NCBI GenBank assembly: GCA_041736255.1
Contig: JBGSTZ010000048.1
Location: 1-24,000 of the forward strand
Length of the DNA: 24,000 bases
Source of the DNA: Burkholderiaceae bacterium
GTDB taxonomy: Bacteria; Pseudomonadota; Gammaproteobacteria; Burkholderiales; Burkholderiaceae_D
Direction: 5' to 3'
Part shown: positions 1 to 8,300 of the stretch, one piece after another
How the letters are laid out: each line of letters starts with the position of its first letter
How positions within the stretch are numbered: position 1 is the first letter of the stretch
The notes under the pieces: generated by a model
What the model saw: the letters and a program-made list of their open reading frames with translations, nothing else
Told to the model about the DNA's origin: nothing
The model's database searches: none
Made by a program: the position numbers and the translations under genes

Positions 1-72
1 ATCAATCAGGCGACCAATCAATTCCACCATCTCCGCAGAGACACCGTTGCGCACCAAAGTTGTTGGCTTCAT
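1..72 (-). CDS. 5' end of an unidentified protein (runs off the left edge)
   Basis: ATG at 70-72 (minus) is preceded by GGAG about 10 nt upstream and a perfect TATAAT (plus 105-110 as attata) in an AT-rich leader. The frame stays open to the window edge (MKPTTLVRNGVSAEMVELIGRLID...). Only 24 aa are visible, so no family can be assigned. Confidence 0.35.
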   Translation of the reverse strand, partial: MKPTTLVRNGVSAEMVELIGRLID

Positions 73-141
73 AGATGGTCACTCCATTTGTACAGAATGC
101 AGTCATTATAAATGGTATTTTAATAATTACTATATCCCTTA

Positions 142-357
142 GTGGTTCCGGCCTGCATACCGACAACCCACCGGAATCGCGCGCTATGCACGATTCCGGT
201 TAGGGCAATACCTATCCCAACCAAGGAAAGCAACGTCACCCGCAAAACCGGCCCGGTCAAAGGCGGCAGCACGGTGATCGCTTTTATGGAAGATCCAGAC
301 GGTTACAAAATTGAACGGGTCGAGCGCAAGGTAGATGCGGGCGGGAGCGGGTTGTGA
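142..357 (+). pseudogene. gloA: 3' remnant of glyoxalase I (lactoylglutathione lyase), N-terminal two-thirds missing
   Basis: The last ~40 aa ([41 protein letters not shown]) closely resemble the C-terminus of E. coli GloA ([41 protein letters not shown]). Upstream sequence loses similarity. A full ~135-aa gene would have to start beyond position 1, overlapping the divergent gene at 1-72. Confidence 0.5.
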
Positions 358-408
358 TAAATGAAAATGCAGGAACTGCTTTGAAATTACACTTCCAGGT
401 TGCACAAC

Positions 409-1908
409 CTAAATCTTATAGATTCCACATCCGACCACAAGGTCGTCAATTTTTTCAATATAAGTGGACTTGGATTCGATTACGGTGGTGACGGGATTTG
501 GCCACCGATAATCGACCCAACCATGGCCTGGATTCTTGGAAACTTGCACAAAGTTTTTAATGAAGTACTTCCCGTCAGCATCTTTTAAATCAATTACATT
601 CCGTCCTATTAATTTCGGATTTTCGCCATGCGCTTTTGTATTTCCCTGCTGATCAATTACATTGATATACAAATCGCGATTCTTGAACTGGGGATCAGGT
701 TTGCTAAACGCTGAAAACGCCTTTTCTTTGCCGTTGTCTTTTATATAGGCAATAGCCCGCTTCACCATGGCCACCGCTTCATTTTGATGTTGTTCAAGTT
801 TGAATGCGCTCACGGCTTGCCCCATTGTCACCGCTTGCTGGCGCATGCTTTCTGCTGCAGCCGAGGCCTCCTCCACCAGAGCCGAATTCTGCTGGGTCAT
901 TTCATCCATTTGAACCACGGCCCGATTGACTTCATCAATGCCAATGCTCTGTTCTTGACATGCCTGCGTGATTTCGCTCACTACTTGGACGGTGATTTTG
1001 ACCGACGCGACAATTTCATCCATGGTGTTACCCGCTTTGTCAACGAGTTGGCTACCCGCTTCGACCGCGTCAACTGAGCTTCCTATCAGTGTCTTGATTT
1101 CTTTGGCAGCTTGCGCAGAGCGCTGCGCAAGACTGCGAACCTCGGAAGCCACTACCGCGAATCCTCTGCCTTGTTCACCTGCACGCGCCGCTTCGACGGC
1201 TGCATTCAAGGCCAGAATGTTGGTCTGAAAAGCGATGCCGTCAATCACGCCGATAATGTCGACGATCTTACGTGAACTTTCCTTGATCGACGCCATTGTT
1301 CCAACGACCTGCCCCACTACCTTGCCGCCATTGGCAGCAGCATTTTGTACTGACGCAACCATCTGGTTTGCCTGAACCGCATTGTTCGCATTTTTTTGGA
1401 TTGCGGCGTGGAGTTGCTCCATTGCGCTTGCTGTTTCTTCTAATGCGCTCGCTTGAGATTCGGTGCGTGACGATAGCTCCGCGTTGCCTGCCGCAATTTC
1501 CGAGGAGGTAGAAACAATCGCGTCGCTTCCGGTACGCACGTCGCTCACAATTTTCAGCAAATTCGCATTCATGTCACGCAGCGCAATCACGAGTTCGCTG
1601 ATTTCATCCTTGCCAGTCACCTTTACTTGGGAAGAAAGATCGCCTGCAGCAACTCTCTTGGCAACGGAGACTGCAGCATGCAGTGGCTGCGTGATGCTGT
1701 GGATGAGCGTCCATGTAGCAATGCCGCCCAAAATTATCAGGGCTCCGCAGGTGGTGAGAAGAATCTCCATCATCTGATGGTTCAGCTTGCTTTGCCACGC
1801 AAGAAAGAAAGCAATAAAAATTATTGCGGTAAAACCAGTCATCAGGAGCCCTACTCCGACACCAATCCTGATACCGATATTTGTGTTGCGTAGTTTCAGG
1901 AAGTCCAT
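409..1908 (-). CDS. methyl-accepting chemotaxis protein: TM hairpin, HAMP, MCP signalling domain, C-terminal Cache-like domain
   Basis: 499-aa ORF. Two N-terminal hydrophobic helices are separated by only ~12 aa, followed by a HAMP-like segment. The conserved MCP hairpin tip is present ([21 protein letters not shown]). The C-terminal 122 aa (412-777) have a single-Cache-like signature (long helix, then ...[12 protein letters not shown]...SKSTYIEK...). Confidence 0.9.
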   Translation of the reverse strand: MDFLKLRNTNIGIRIGVGVGLLMTGFTAIIFIAFFLAWQSKLNHQMMEILLTTCGALIILGGIATWTLIHSITQPLHAAVSVAKRVAAGDLSSQVKVTGKDEISELVIALRDMNANLLKIVSDVRTGSDAIVSTSSEIAAGNAELSSRTESQASALEETASAMEQLHAAIQKNANNAVQANQMVASVQNAAANGGKVVGQVVGTMASIKESSRKIVDIIGVIDGIAFQTNILALNAAVEAARAGEQGRGFAVVASEVRSLAQRSAQAAKEIKTLIGSSVDAVEAGSQLVDKAGNTMDEIVASVKITVQVVSEITQACQEQSIGIDEVNRAVVQMDEMTQQNSALVEEASAAAESMRQQAVTMGQAVSAFKLEQHQNEAVAMVKRAIAYIKDNGKEKAFSAFSKPDPQFKNRDLYINVIDQQGNTKAHGENPKLIGRNVIDLKDADGKYFIKNFVQVSKNPGHGWVDYRWPNPVTTVIESKSTYIEKIDDLVVGCGIYKI

Positions 1909-1971
1909 GATTAAGGCGCGCCATGTTGAATTTAAAATGAATCCTTAACGGCAATCATTGGCCGCAGGATC

Positions 1972-2006
1972 AAAAAAAAGCGGCGCACAAGGAATGTCAG
2001 CGCCGG
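1972..2006 (-). terminator. rho-independent terminator after the liv-like operon
   Basis: On the minus strand CGGCGC (2005-2000) pairs with GCGCCG (1986-1981), with an inner ACA/TGT extension, then C plus T8 (plus A8 at 1972-1979). It starts 11 nt after the stop of the hemerythrin-ATPase gene. Confidence 0.55.
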
Positions 2007-2016
2007 TTTCTGCTTC

Positions 2017-3345
2017 TCACATTCCGAGATATGCCGCGCGTACCTGTTCGTTACTAATGAGTTCCTGGCCGGTGCCGGTAAGGATGATGTTGCCGGTTTC
2101 CAGCACATAGCCACGGTCTGCAATAGCGAGGGCTGCGAAGGCGTTCTGCTCGACTAGAAAGATGGTCATGCCCTGCGCCTTGAGCGTCTTGACGACGTTA
2201 AACACCTCCTCCACCAGCAGCGGGGCCAGGCCCATGGACGGCTCGTCGAGCAGCAGCATTTTTGGGCGGCCCATTAGCGCCCGGCTGATTGCCAGCATCT
2301 GCTGCTGACCGCCGGACAGTGTGCCTGCAGGAAGTGTGCGTTTCTCCTTCAGGATCGGGAACATCGAGAAGACCATTTCAAGGTCGCCTTCGACCTGATT
2401 TTTGGGCTGGGTGTACGCGCCCAAACGCAAATTATCTTCGATCGACAGCGGCCCAAAAACCTGCCGGCCTTCCGGCGACTGGCAGATACCCCGCTTCATG
2501 CGCAAATCGGCGCGCAGTGTGCTGATGTCTTCGCCGTAAAACTGGATGCTGCCGGCACTCATCGGCTGCACACCAGACAGCGTGCGCAGGAAGGTCGTCT
2601 TGCCCGCACCATTGGCACCAACCAAGGCGACCGTTTCACCACGTCGCACTTCAAGGCTGATTCCATTTAGGGCCCTAATGCGACCATAGCAACTTTCCAT
2701 GCCGCTGACGCTGAGTACGACTTCTGCTTTGCCTGCTGCAGTAGCCGGCTGCAAACGGCCTGCCGATTGCGCGCCCAGACCGATGGATTCGGGCGCCAGA
2801 CTTACGATACGATGAAAAAGCTCGCGGAATTCGGCCTTGGCCTTTTCGCCAAAAAGCGGGTCTTCGTTGTCGAGGAAAGCGCCATCAATTTCAGCCCAGT
2901 CTGCTGCAGTCAACACTTCACGCGCAAGGGGAATGACATCCGTCTCTTCAGCGCGAATATGGTTTTTCAGACCTTGTGTATAGGTACGCAGGGACGCAGC
3001 AAAAGCTGGGTTACCGACTTTTCCACTGGCGGCGCTTGCCATTTGCTCGCGCAAATGGGCAAGGTTGTGCGGCCCATTGCGGTGCTCTGCCTGCAGACGA
3101 TCGAGGATGGAAGATGCATCCGCGCTGCGTGTACGCAGGATGCGAAACAGGAAGTCGTCTTCCTTGGGGTGGTGCGAACGGTCGATGAATTGTTCGACGT
3201 AATCAAAAATCGAGTTGAAAAATGGCTGTTCGATCTTGCCGCCGGCTTCGATTTCATCTGCCACCAGATCCATCGTGGTCAGGATGCGCCATAGATTGCG
3301 GTGTTCATCGCTGATGATGCGGAGTGCTTCCATGCTGTTCTCCAT
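2017..3345 (-). CDS. fusion protein: N-terminal hemerythrin-like HHE domain plus LivF-type branched-chain/HAAT ABC transporter ATPase
   Basis: Single 442-aa ORF. Residues ~1-190 carry H15, H58xxxE62, H88, H129xxxE133 spaced as in hemerythrin-like domains. Residues ~206-442 are a LivF-like ATPase (Walker A GANGAGKTT, signature LSGGQQQML, Walker B LLLDEPSMGL, C-terminal AYLG). There is no start codon at the junction. An alternative start is the internal ATG at 3333, which has GGAGA upstream. Confidence 0.85.
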   Translation of the reverse strand: MENSMEALRIISDEHRNLWRILTTMDLVADEIEAGGKIEQPFFNSIFDYVEQFIDRSHHPKEDDFLFRILRTRSADASSILDRLQAEHRNGPHNLAHLREQMASAASGKVGNPAFAASLRTYTQGLKNHIRAEETDVIPLAREVLTAADWAEIDGAFLDNEDPLFGEKAKAEFRELFHRIVSLAPESIGLGAQSAGRLQPATAAGKAEVVLSVSGMESCYGRIRALNGISLEVRRGETVALVGANGAGKTTFLRTLSGVQPMSAGSIQFYGEDISTLRADLRMKRGICQSPEGRQVFGPLSIEDNLRLGAYTQPKNQVEGDLEMVFSMFPILKEKRTLPAGTLSGGQQQMLAISRALMGRPKMLLLDEPSMGLAPLLVEEVFNVVKTLKAQGMTIFLVEQNAFAALAIADRGYVLETGNIILTGTGQELISNEQVRAAYLGM

Positions 3346-3349
3346 ATGA

Positions 3350-4111
3350 TTATGGTTGCGCGCCGAGATAGGCGGCGATCACATCGGGATTCTTGCGAAC
3401 TTCCTCGCCGGTGCCTTCGGCAAGCTTTTTGCCGTAGTCGAGAACGAGGATGCGGTCGGAGAGATTCATTACCATCTTCATGTCATGCTCAACCAGAACG
3501 ACAGTGACGCCGGAATCGGCGACCTTGCGCACCAATTCATCGACTTCGATAGTTTCCTTGGGATTCAGACCAGCAGCCGGTTCATCCAGAAAGATAAGGC
3601 GTGGTTTCGAGGCCAGCGCCCGGGCTATTTCCAGACGCTTAAGGGCACCGTACGGCATGCTGTCGGCACGAGCCTCGATATAATTTTCCAGGCCGACAAA
3701 ACGCATCAGTTCGGCGGCTTCGCCATGAAGTTCGCGGTCACGGCGCTTGATACTGGGGAAGCGCAGGGCCGCTTTGAGCGGATTGCGATCCAGACGCAGG
3801 TGCGCGCCGACCATCACGTTCTCGATCGCCATCATATTCATGCAGATCTGCAGATTCTGGAATGTGCGGGCGACGCCACGCTTGGCCAGTTCGTTCGGCG
3901 TTTTGCCGCCGATCGATTCTCCATCGAGTTTGATTTCGCCGCTGGATGGTGTGTATATCCCAGTGATCAAATTGAACAGCGTGGTCTTGCCTGCGCCATT
4001 GGGGCCAATCACCGCATAGACAATTCCGGCATCAATGCTGAAGCTGACGTTCTGCACCGCCTTGACTCCGCCAAAGTTGATGGAGAGCTGGTTGACATCA
4101 AGTAAGGCCAT
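3350..4111 (-). CDS. LivG-type ABC transporter ATP-binding protein (HAAT family)
   Basis: 253 aa with Walker A GPNGAGKTT, Walker B LIFLDEPAAGLN, VEHDM and C-terminal AAYLG. The stop is 4 nt before the next gene. Confidence 0.9.
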   Translation of the reverse strand: MALLDVNQLSINFGGVKAVQNVSFSIDAGIVYAVIGPNGAGKTTLFNLITGIYTPSSGEIKLDGESIGGKTPNELAKRGVARTFQNLQICMNMMAIENVMVGAHLRLDRNPLKAALRFPSIKRRDRELHGEAAELMRFVGLENYIEARADSMPYGALKRLEIARALASKPRLIFLDEPAAGLNPKETIEVDELVRKVADSGVTVVLVEHDMKMVMNLSDRILVLDYGKKLAEGTGEEVRKNPDVIAAYLGAQP

Positions 4112-4113
4112 GT

Positions 4114-5046
4114 TTATTCCCCTTTCCCAAATTTGGCAGCCAGCGTGGGTACCAGCCCCTTAGGCATGAAAATCATGCAGAGCATCAGGATGGCACCAAA
4201 AACGACCGTTTCCCAGCCCTCAAAAGTGACCAGAAACTGCGGCAGTGCGGTGAGAAGTACCGCGCCGACCAGCGAGCCATAGACTGAAGCCATGCCACCT
4301 ATGACGACCATGGTGACCAGTTCGATCGAGTGGAAAAAGTCAGCAATGTTAGGCGTCACGAAGCCAACGTAATGTGCGGTGACGCTACCCATCAGGCTGG
4401 CAAAAACTGCTGATATGACAAAGATCGCCATTTTGTAACGCACCACATCCACGCCGACGACCTGCGAAGCGACTTCGGAACCATGCAGGGCGCGCAAGGC
4501 GCGGCCGAACGGCGAATCGATCAAGTTAAGCGAAGCCCAGACACTGATGGATAGCAACAGAGCAACGACCCAGTACCAGTGCTTGTCACTGCTGAGTTCA
4601 AAGCCCAACAAGCCCATCGACGGTACCGGCATGCCGTCCGGGCCGCCGGTCCAGGCCGCCTCGGTGCGCAGCACGATATTGATGATGATGCCGATGCCAA
4701 GGGTGGCCATGGCCAGATAATGGCCCTTGAGTTTGAAGATCGGACGGGCAATCAAGGCCGCCAGCAGACCGGTGAAAGCAGCGCCCGCGCCCATGGCCAG
4801 CAGCGGATGCCAGCCGAAGTGGGTCGGTAACACGGCGGAGGCATAGGCGCCAATGCCCAGAAAGCCAGCGTGGCCCAAACTGATTTGCCCGGCGAAACCG
4901 ATCAGCAGGTTCAGGCCCAGCACGATTACCGCATTGATCGCCATACGAATAGCGATATCAAGGTAATAACTATTGGGCAAGATGAATGGAAGGATCAGCA
5001 GGATGCCGATGACGATATAAAGACCATAGTAGGTGTTCTTTTGCAT
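4114..5046 (-). CDS. LivM-type ABC transporter permease (HAAT family)
   Basis: 310-aa polytopic hydrophobic protein with the GQISLGHAGFLGIGAY motif typical of LivM-like permeases. It is tightly packed between the LivH-like and LivG-like genes. Confidence 0.9.
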   Translation of the reverse strand: MQKNTYYGLYIVIGILLILPFILPNSYYLDIAIRMAINAVIVLGLNLLIGFAGQISLGHAGFLGIGAYASAVLPTHFGWHPLLAMGAGAAFTGLLAALIARPIFKLKGHYLAMATLGIGIIINIVLRTEAAWTGGPDGMPVPSMGLLGFELSSDKHWYWVVALLLSISVWASLNLIDSPFGRALRALHGSEVASQVVGVDVVRYKMAIFVISAVFASLMGSVTAHYVGFVTPNIADFFHSIELVTMVVIGGMASVYGSLVGAVLLTALPQFLVTFEGWETVVFGAILMLCMIFMPKGLVPTLAAKFGKGE

Positions 5047-5048
5047 TT

Positions 5049-5924
5049 TTACACACGATCCGTCGATTTACCGCCAAACAGTCCACGCGGCATGAAAAAG
5101 AGAATGAAGAGAATGAGTACGAAAGGAATCGCATCTTTGTAGGCAGAGGAAATGTAACCAGCACCCATGGCCTCAAGAATACCGACCAGCAGGCCGCCAA
5201 TCACTGCGCCGAGCCCGTTGCCCAAGCCGCCCACGACAGCGGCGACAAAACCTTTCAAGCCGAGCATGATTCCAACGTCATAAGAGGTGAGCGTAATCGG
5301 CGTGACCAGAATGCCACCCAAGGCCCCAAGTCCCGCCGCCATGGCAAAACTCATGAATAGCACCCAACTTGTATTAATGCCCACTAATTCTGCTGCCAGC
5401 CGGTTGTAGGACGTGGCAAGCATCGCCTTTCCCTGCAGTGTGCGATTAAAGAAATACCACATGGCAATTACCGCCAGTGAAGTTCCACCCAGCACCCAGA
5501 GACTTTGTGGCATCAGTATCGCGCCCAATATTTGAATTGGGGCATCGCCGGAAAAGGCAGGCAGGCTATGGGTTCCTTTGCCCAGCCAGACTTGGACCAG
5601 ACCTCGAATCACGAGTGAAGCGCCGATGGTAATGATGATCAGTGTCACCGTTTCAGCGTTCTTCACGGGCTCAATCGCTATTTTTTCCATCAGTATGCCG
5701 ACGACGGCTGGTATCAGAATCGCCAGCAGCAGCGCTACCGGCATTGGCAGCCCGGCCTGGGTAAAAAACACCGCCAGCATGCCGCCGAGCATGATGAATT
5801 CACCTTGAGCAAAGTTAATCACGTTGCTGGAGTTATAAATTAGGGTGAAGCCCAAGGCGGACAGGGCATAGACGGCACCGACGGTGATGCCAGAGAAAAG
5901 GAATTGCAGGAACTGAGCAAACAT
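5049..5924 (-). CDS. LivH-type ABC transporter permease (HAAT family)
   Basis: Hydrophobic 291-aa protein (INFAQGEF..., typical LivH). I chose the ATG at 5922-5924, which has AAGGAGA 5 nt upstream, rather than the TTG at 5927 used in the ORF track. Confidence 0.9.
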   Translation of the reverse strand: MFAQFLQFLFSGITVGAVYALSALGFTLIYNSSNVINFAQGEFIMLGGMLAVFFTQAGLPMPVALLLAILIPAVVGILMEKIAIEPVKNAETVTLIIITIGASLVIRGLVQVWLGKGTHSLPAFSGDAPIQILGAILMPQSLWVLGGTSLAVIAMWYFFNRTLQGKAMLATSYNRLAAELVGINTSWVLFMSFAMAAGLGALGGILVTPITLTSYDVGIMLGLKGFVAAVVGGLGNGLGAVIGGLLVGILEAMGAGYISSAYKDAIPFVLILFILFFMPRGLFGGKSTDRV

Positions 5925-6031
5925 CAAATTCTCCTTCTTGTTGTGGCGAAAACCAGGTCGCTGATCGACTGCTTGGGCATTTTGTGTCTCCTGATAGTTT
6001 TAATAAAAAGCTTTGCGCTTATTTTACTTTC

Positions 6032-6056
6032 ATTCTGAAATACAGAATATATTCTG
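6032..6056. promoter_or_regulatory. candidate operator: ATTCTG-aaata-CAGAAT-at-ATTCTG (includes the perfect 14-bp palindrome CAGAATATATTCTG)
   Basis: Read directly from the sequence. It lies immediately downstream of the predicted -10 of the liv-like operon promoter, which would fit a repressor site. Confidence 0.45.
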
Positions 6057-6059
6057 CTA

Positions 6060-6088
6060 ATAGTAAATGATACAAAAAAACAGTGCAA
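6060..6088 (-). promoter_or_regulatory. sigma70-type promoter of the liv-like operon (TTGCAC-N17-TACTAT)
   Basis: On the minus strand TTGCAC (6088-6083), a 17-nt spacer, then TACTAT (6065-6060), about 135 nt upstream of the livH-like ATG. This is a sequence match only. Confidence 0.45.
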
Positions 6089-6114
6089 TCTATATTCATG
6101 TATCGGTTGCACTG
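6074..6114 (-). terminator. possible rho-independent terminator of the MBL/monooxygenase/DUF2783 operon
   Basis: On the minus strand CAGTGCAA (6114-6107) pairs with TTGCACTG (6088-6081), followed by T7 (plus A7 at 6074-6080). The 18-nt loop is large and the stem overlaps the predicted -35 of the next promoter. Confidence 0.4.
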
Positions 6115-6294
6115 TTTATCGTGATTAATTTAATTTGACCGTTACGGCAGACGTATAGAGGACAGTTCTCGTCCATTGATATGACCGATTGCGATCAAAT
6201 TTTGAGTTTTTTACAAATGAATCGGGATCTCATTTCGCCCTGTCACTTATTGCAATAAAAACGAGAGTGTCCATTGTGTTGCAGTCTGTGCAGA

Positions 6295-6519
6295 TTAAAT
6301 GTCTTCACGCGCTAGTTGCATCGCCGAACGCAGGATCGCGATATCGCCCACATGATTAGCCAGCAACAAAATTAGCTTCGCATTCAGCAGCGCGCTTTGC
6401 TCGTCGGAAAGATCGCGATGCGTCTCGATCAGCGCTTCATAAAAGTCGTCGCCAGGTGAGAATTCGCGGAAATAGCGCTTGCCCAGTTCGCTGAAATTAG
6501 GGGCCAGATTCAGTGTCAT
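6295..6519 (-). CDS. small DUF2783-like protein (74 aa), possible coupling/accessory subunit of the upstream monooxygenase
   Basis: The ATG at 6517-6519 gives MTLNLAPNFSELGKRYFREFSPGDDFYEALIETHRDLSDEQSALLNAKLILLLANHVGDIAILRSAMQLAREDI, which I recognise as the DUF2783 type. It starts 13 nt after the monooxygenase stop. The longer track ORF (to 6675) would overlap the monooxygenase 3' end. Confidence 0.8.
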   Translation of the reverse strand: MTLNLAPNFSELGKRYFREFSPGDDFYEALIETHRDLSDEQSALLNAKLILLLANHVGDIAILRSAMQLAREDI

Positions 6520-6532
6520 GATAATTTTCCTG

Positions 6533-8200
6533 TTAAAGGTTACAAGTGGCGCGAGACAGCGCCTGTTGTACGCGCGCCGTGTCGAAGGTGCGCCAGCGAG
6601 CAGCAACATGTTGATCGGGGCGAGCCAGGTAATAAGTTCCGCTTTGCGCATCGTAACGCCGGGAGATAATGCCATTGGCGTCGAGCATGACTTTCGCGTT
6701 CTCCAAGTGCCCTGGCTTGCTGGATATGATCAGCGGTTCGATAGGCAGCAACCCACGCGACAATGTGGCGAACTCTTCAAGGACAGAGTTCGGGATTGTC
6801 GCCGGATCATCGCAGAAATACAGGCCATGGAAATGGTTGCCAACATGGTCGATCAACCAGCCATCCTGCGTGCCGATCCTGACCGGACCATCGTCCATCG
6901 GCGCGCCCGGCACCATATCTCCGAGAAATTGATCCACATCCTTCGTATTCAGTCTTGATTCGATCAAAAAGGCCGGTACCGACAGACGGCCGGAATTGAC
7001 CAACTTTCTGGCGAATGTATGCTTTTCCGCTAATTTCAGCACCGCATTGCGGAATGTTTTGCTGGCTGTACTTTTGGGCGTAATGAAATCGGTTGAGCGA
7101 GTCGAATTCATCAGGTTCTCGTCGGCAGCAAAGCCTCGTTCCTCCGAATAGGTATCAAGCAGTTGGCCGGGCGCCTTGCCATCCATGACTAGCTTCAGTT
7201 TCCACACCAAGTTATCGGTATCCTGCACGCCGGAATTAGCGCCGCGCGCACCAAATGGTGATACCTGGTGCGCGGCGTCGCCGACAAATAAGCACTTGCC
7301 ATGCCTGAAACTTTTCATTCGGCGGCATTGAAAAGTGTACACGCTGACCCACTCCAGTTCGAAGTCACGCTCGTCACCCAGCATCGCCTTGATCCGCGGG
7401 ATCACATTTTCCGGTTTTTTTTCTTCGTCCGGATTAGCATCCCAACCGAGTTGAAAATCAATCCGCCAAACATTGTCGGCTTCGCGGTGCAGCAGCACCG
7501 ACTGGTTTGGATGGAACGGCGGATCGAACCAGAACCAACGCTCGGCCGGGAAATCGGCCTTCATCACTACGTCGGCGATCAGGAACCGATCCATGAAAAT
7601 CTTGCCTTCGGTTTCCAGTCCCAGCATATTGCGAATCGGACTGCGCGCGCCGTCTGCCACAATTAGCCAGTCGGCCTCGATCTGATACATGCCATCCGGC
7701 GTTTCGATCTGTAATTTGACGCCACCGCCATCCTCCTCCTGCACCGATACAACCTTATTCTTCCAGCGCATCATTACGCCTGCCGACACTGCTCGCTCCA
7801 CCAGGTATTGTTCCAAATAATACTGTTGCAGATTCACCATGCCCGGCCGCTTTTGATCGGCTTCCGGCTGTAAGTTGAAACTGAACACTTCATCGTTACG
7901 AAAAAAGGTGCGGCCGACATTCCAGCTAACGCCCTTTTCAATGATCGGGTTGCCGCAGCCAAGCCGATCCAGCACTTCAATTGCCCGCTTCGCGTAGCAC
8001 AGACCACGCGAGCCGACCGAGACCGTATCATCGTCATCCAGCAATAGCACTGGGATGTTCTGCAAGCGGCAATCAATCGCCGCCGCCAAGCCAGCCGGGC
8101 CCGCGCCGACAATCACTACCGGGTAGCGCCGCACTGCGTCGCTATTGATTTCTTCCGGCTTAGTGTAAGGAAATTTTGAATAGGTATAAGTTTTTTGCAT
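6533..8200 (-). CDS. FAD-dependent aromatic-ring monooxygenase (PheA/TfdB/MhpA class A flavoprotein hydroxylase with C-terminal thioredoxin-like domain)
   Basis: It has the GxGxxG dinucleotide fold (VVIVGAGPAGLAAA), a DG motif (LIVADGARSPIR) and GD...H...G (FVGDAAHQVSPFGARGANSGVQD), plus a ~170-aa C-terminal extension typical of the phenol-hydroxylase subgroup. I chose the ATG at 8200, which has GGAGA upstream. Confidence 0.9.
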   Translation of the reverse strand: MQKTYTYSKFPYTKPEEINSDAVRRYPVVIVGAGPAGLAAAIDCRLQNIPVLLLDDDDTVSVGSRGLCYAKRAIEVLDRLGCGNPIIEKGVSWNVGRTFFRNDEVFSFNLQPEADQKRPGMVNLQQYYLEQYLVERAVSAGVMMRWKNKVVSVQEEDGGGVKLQIETPDGMYQIEADWLIVADGARSPIRNMLGLETEGKIFMDRFLIADVVMKADFPAERWFWFDPPFHPNQSVLLHREADNVWRIDFQLGWDANPDEEKKPENVIPRIKAMLGDERDFELEWVSVYTFQCRRMKSFRHGKCLFVGDAAHQVSPFGARGANSGVQDTDNLVWKLKLVMDGKAPGQLLDTYSEERGFAADENLMNSTRSTDFITPKSTASKTFRNAVLKLAEKHTFARKLVNSGRLSVPAFLIESRLNTKDVDQFLGDMVPGAPMDDGPVRIGTQDGWLIDHVGNHFHGLYFCDDPATIPNSVLEEFATLSRGLLPIEPLIISSKPGHLENAKVMLDANGIISRRYDAQSGTYYLARPDQHVAARWRTFDTARVQQALSRATCNL

Positions 8201-8276
8201 GCCTGTCTCCTGGATGAACCGGTTCGCCGTCGTTTCAACCACAACGATGCATCCGATTTCTGCTATCTATGTTGTA

Positions 8277-8300
8277 GCGCCGGCAGCTCTTTGCCGGCGC
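8277..8300. other. GC-rich intercistronic stem-loop (9-bp stem GCGCCGGCA/TGCCGGCGC, 6-nt loop)
   Basis: Perfect inverted repeat read from the sequence, in the 189-nt gap between the MBL-fold gene and the monooxygenase gene. No U-tract follows it on the minus strand, so it is not a classical terminator. Confidence 0.4.

Noticed and set aside
400-588. 62-aa plus-strand ORF, and other short ORFs overlapping the chemoreceptor gene (784-1077, 968-1228, 1296-1511, 1463-1777, 1604-1954, 1627-1893).
   Set aside because: All lie within or antisense to the well-supported MCP coding sequence and show no independent coding signal.
6247-6258. Perfect 12-bp palindrome TTATTGCAATAA just downstream of the DUF2783 gene.
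   Set aside because: It is short and AT-rich in an AT-rich spacer, so chance occurrence is plausible. It cannot form an RNA hairpin (no loop). It has no second copy in the window and no match to a binding-site consensus I can name.
6520-6675. N-terminal extension of the DUF2783 ORF as given in the ORF track (126 aa).
   Set aside because: It would overlap the 3' end of the monooxygenase gene by ~140 nt. The recognisable DUF2783-like sequence begins at the internal ATG at 6519, just after the monooxygenase stop.
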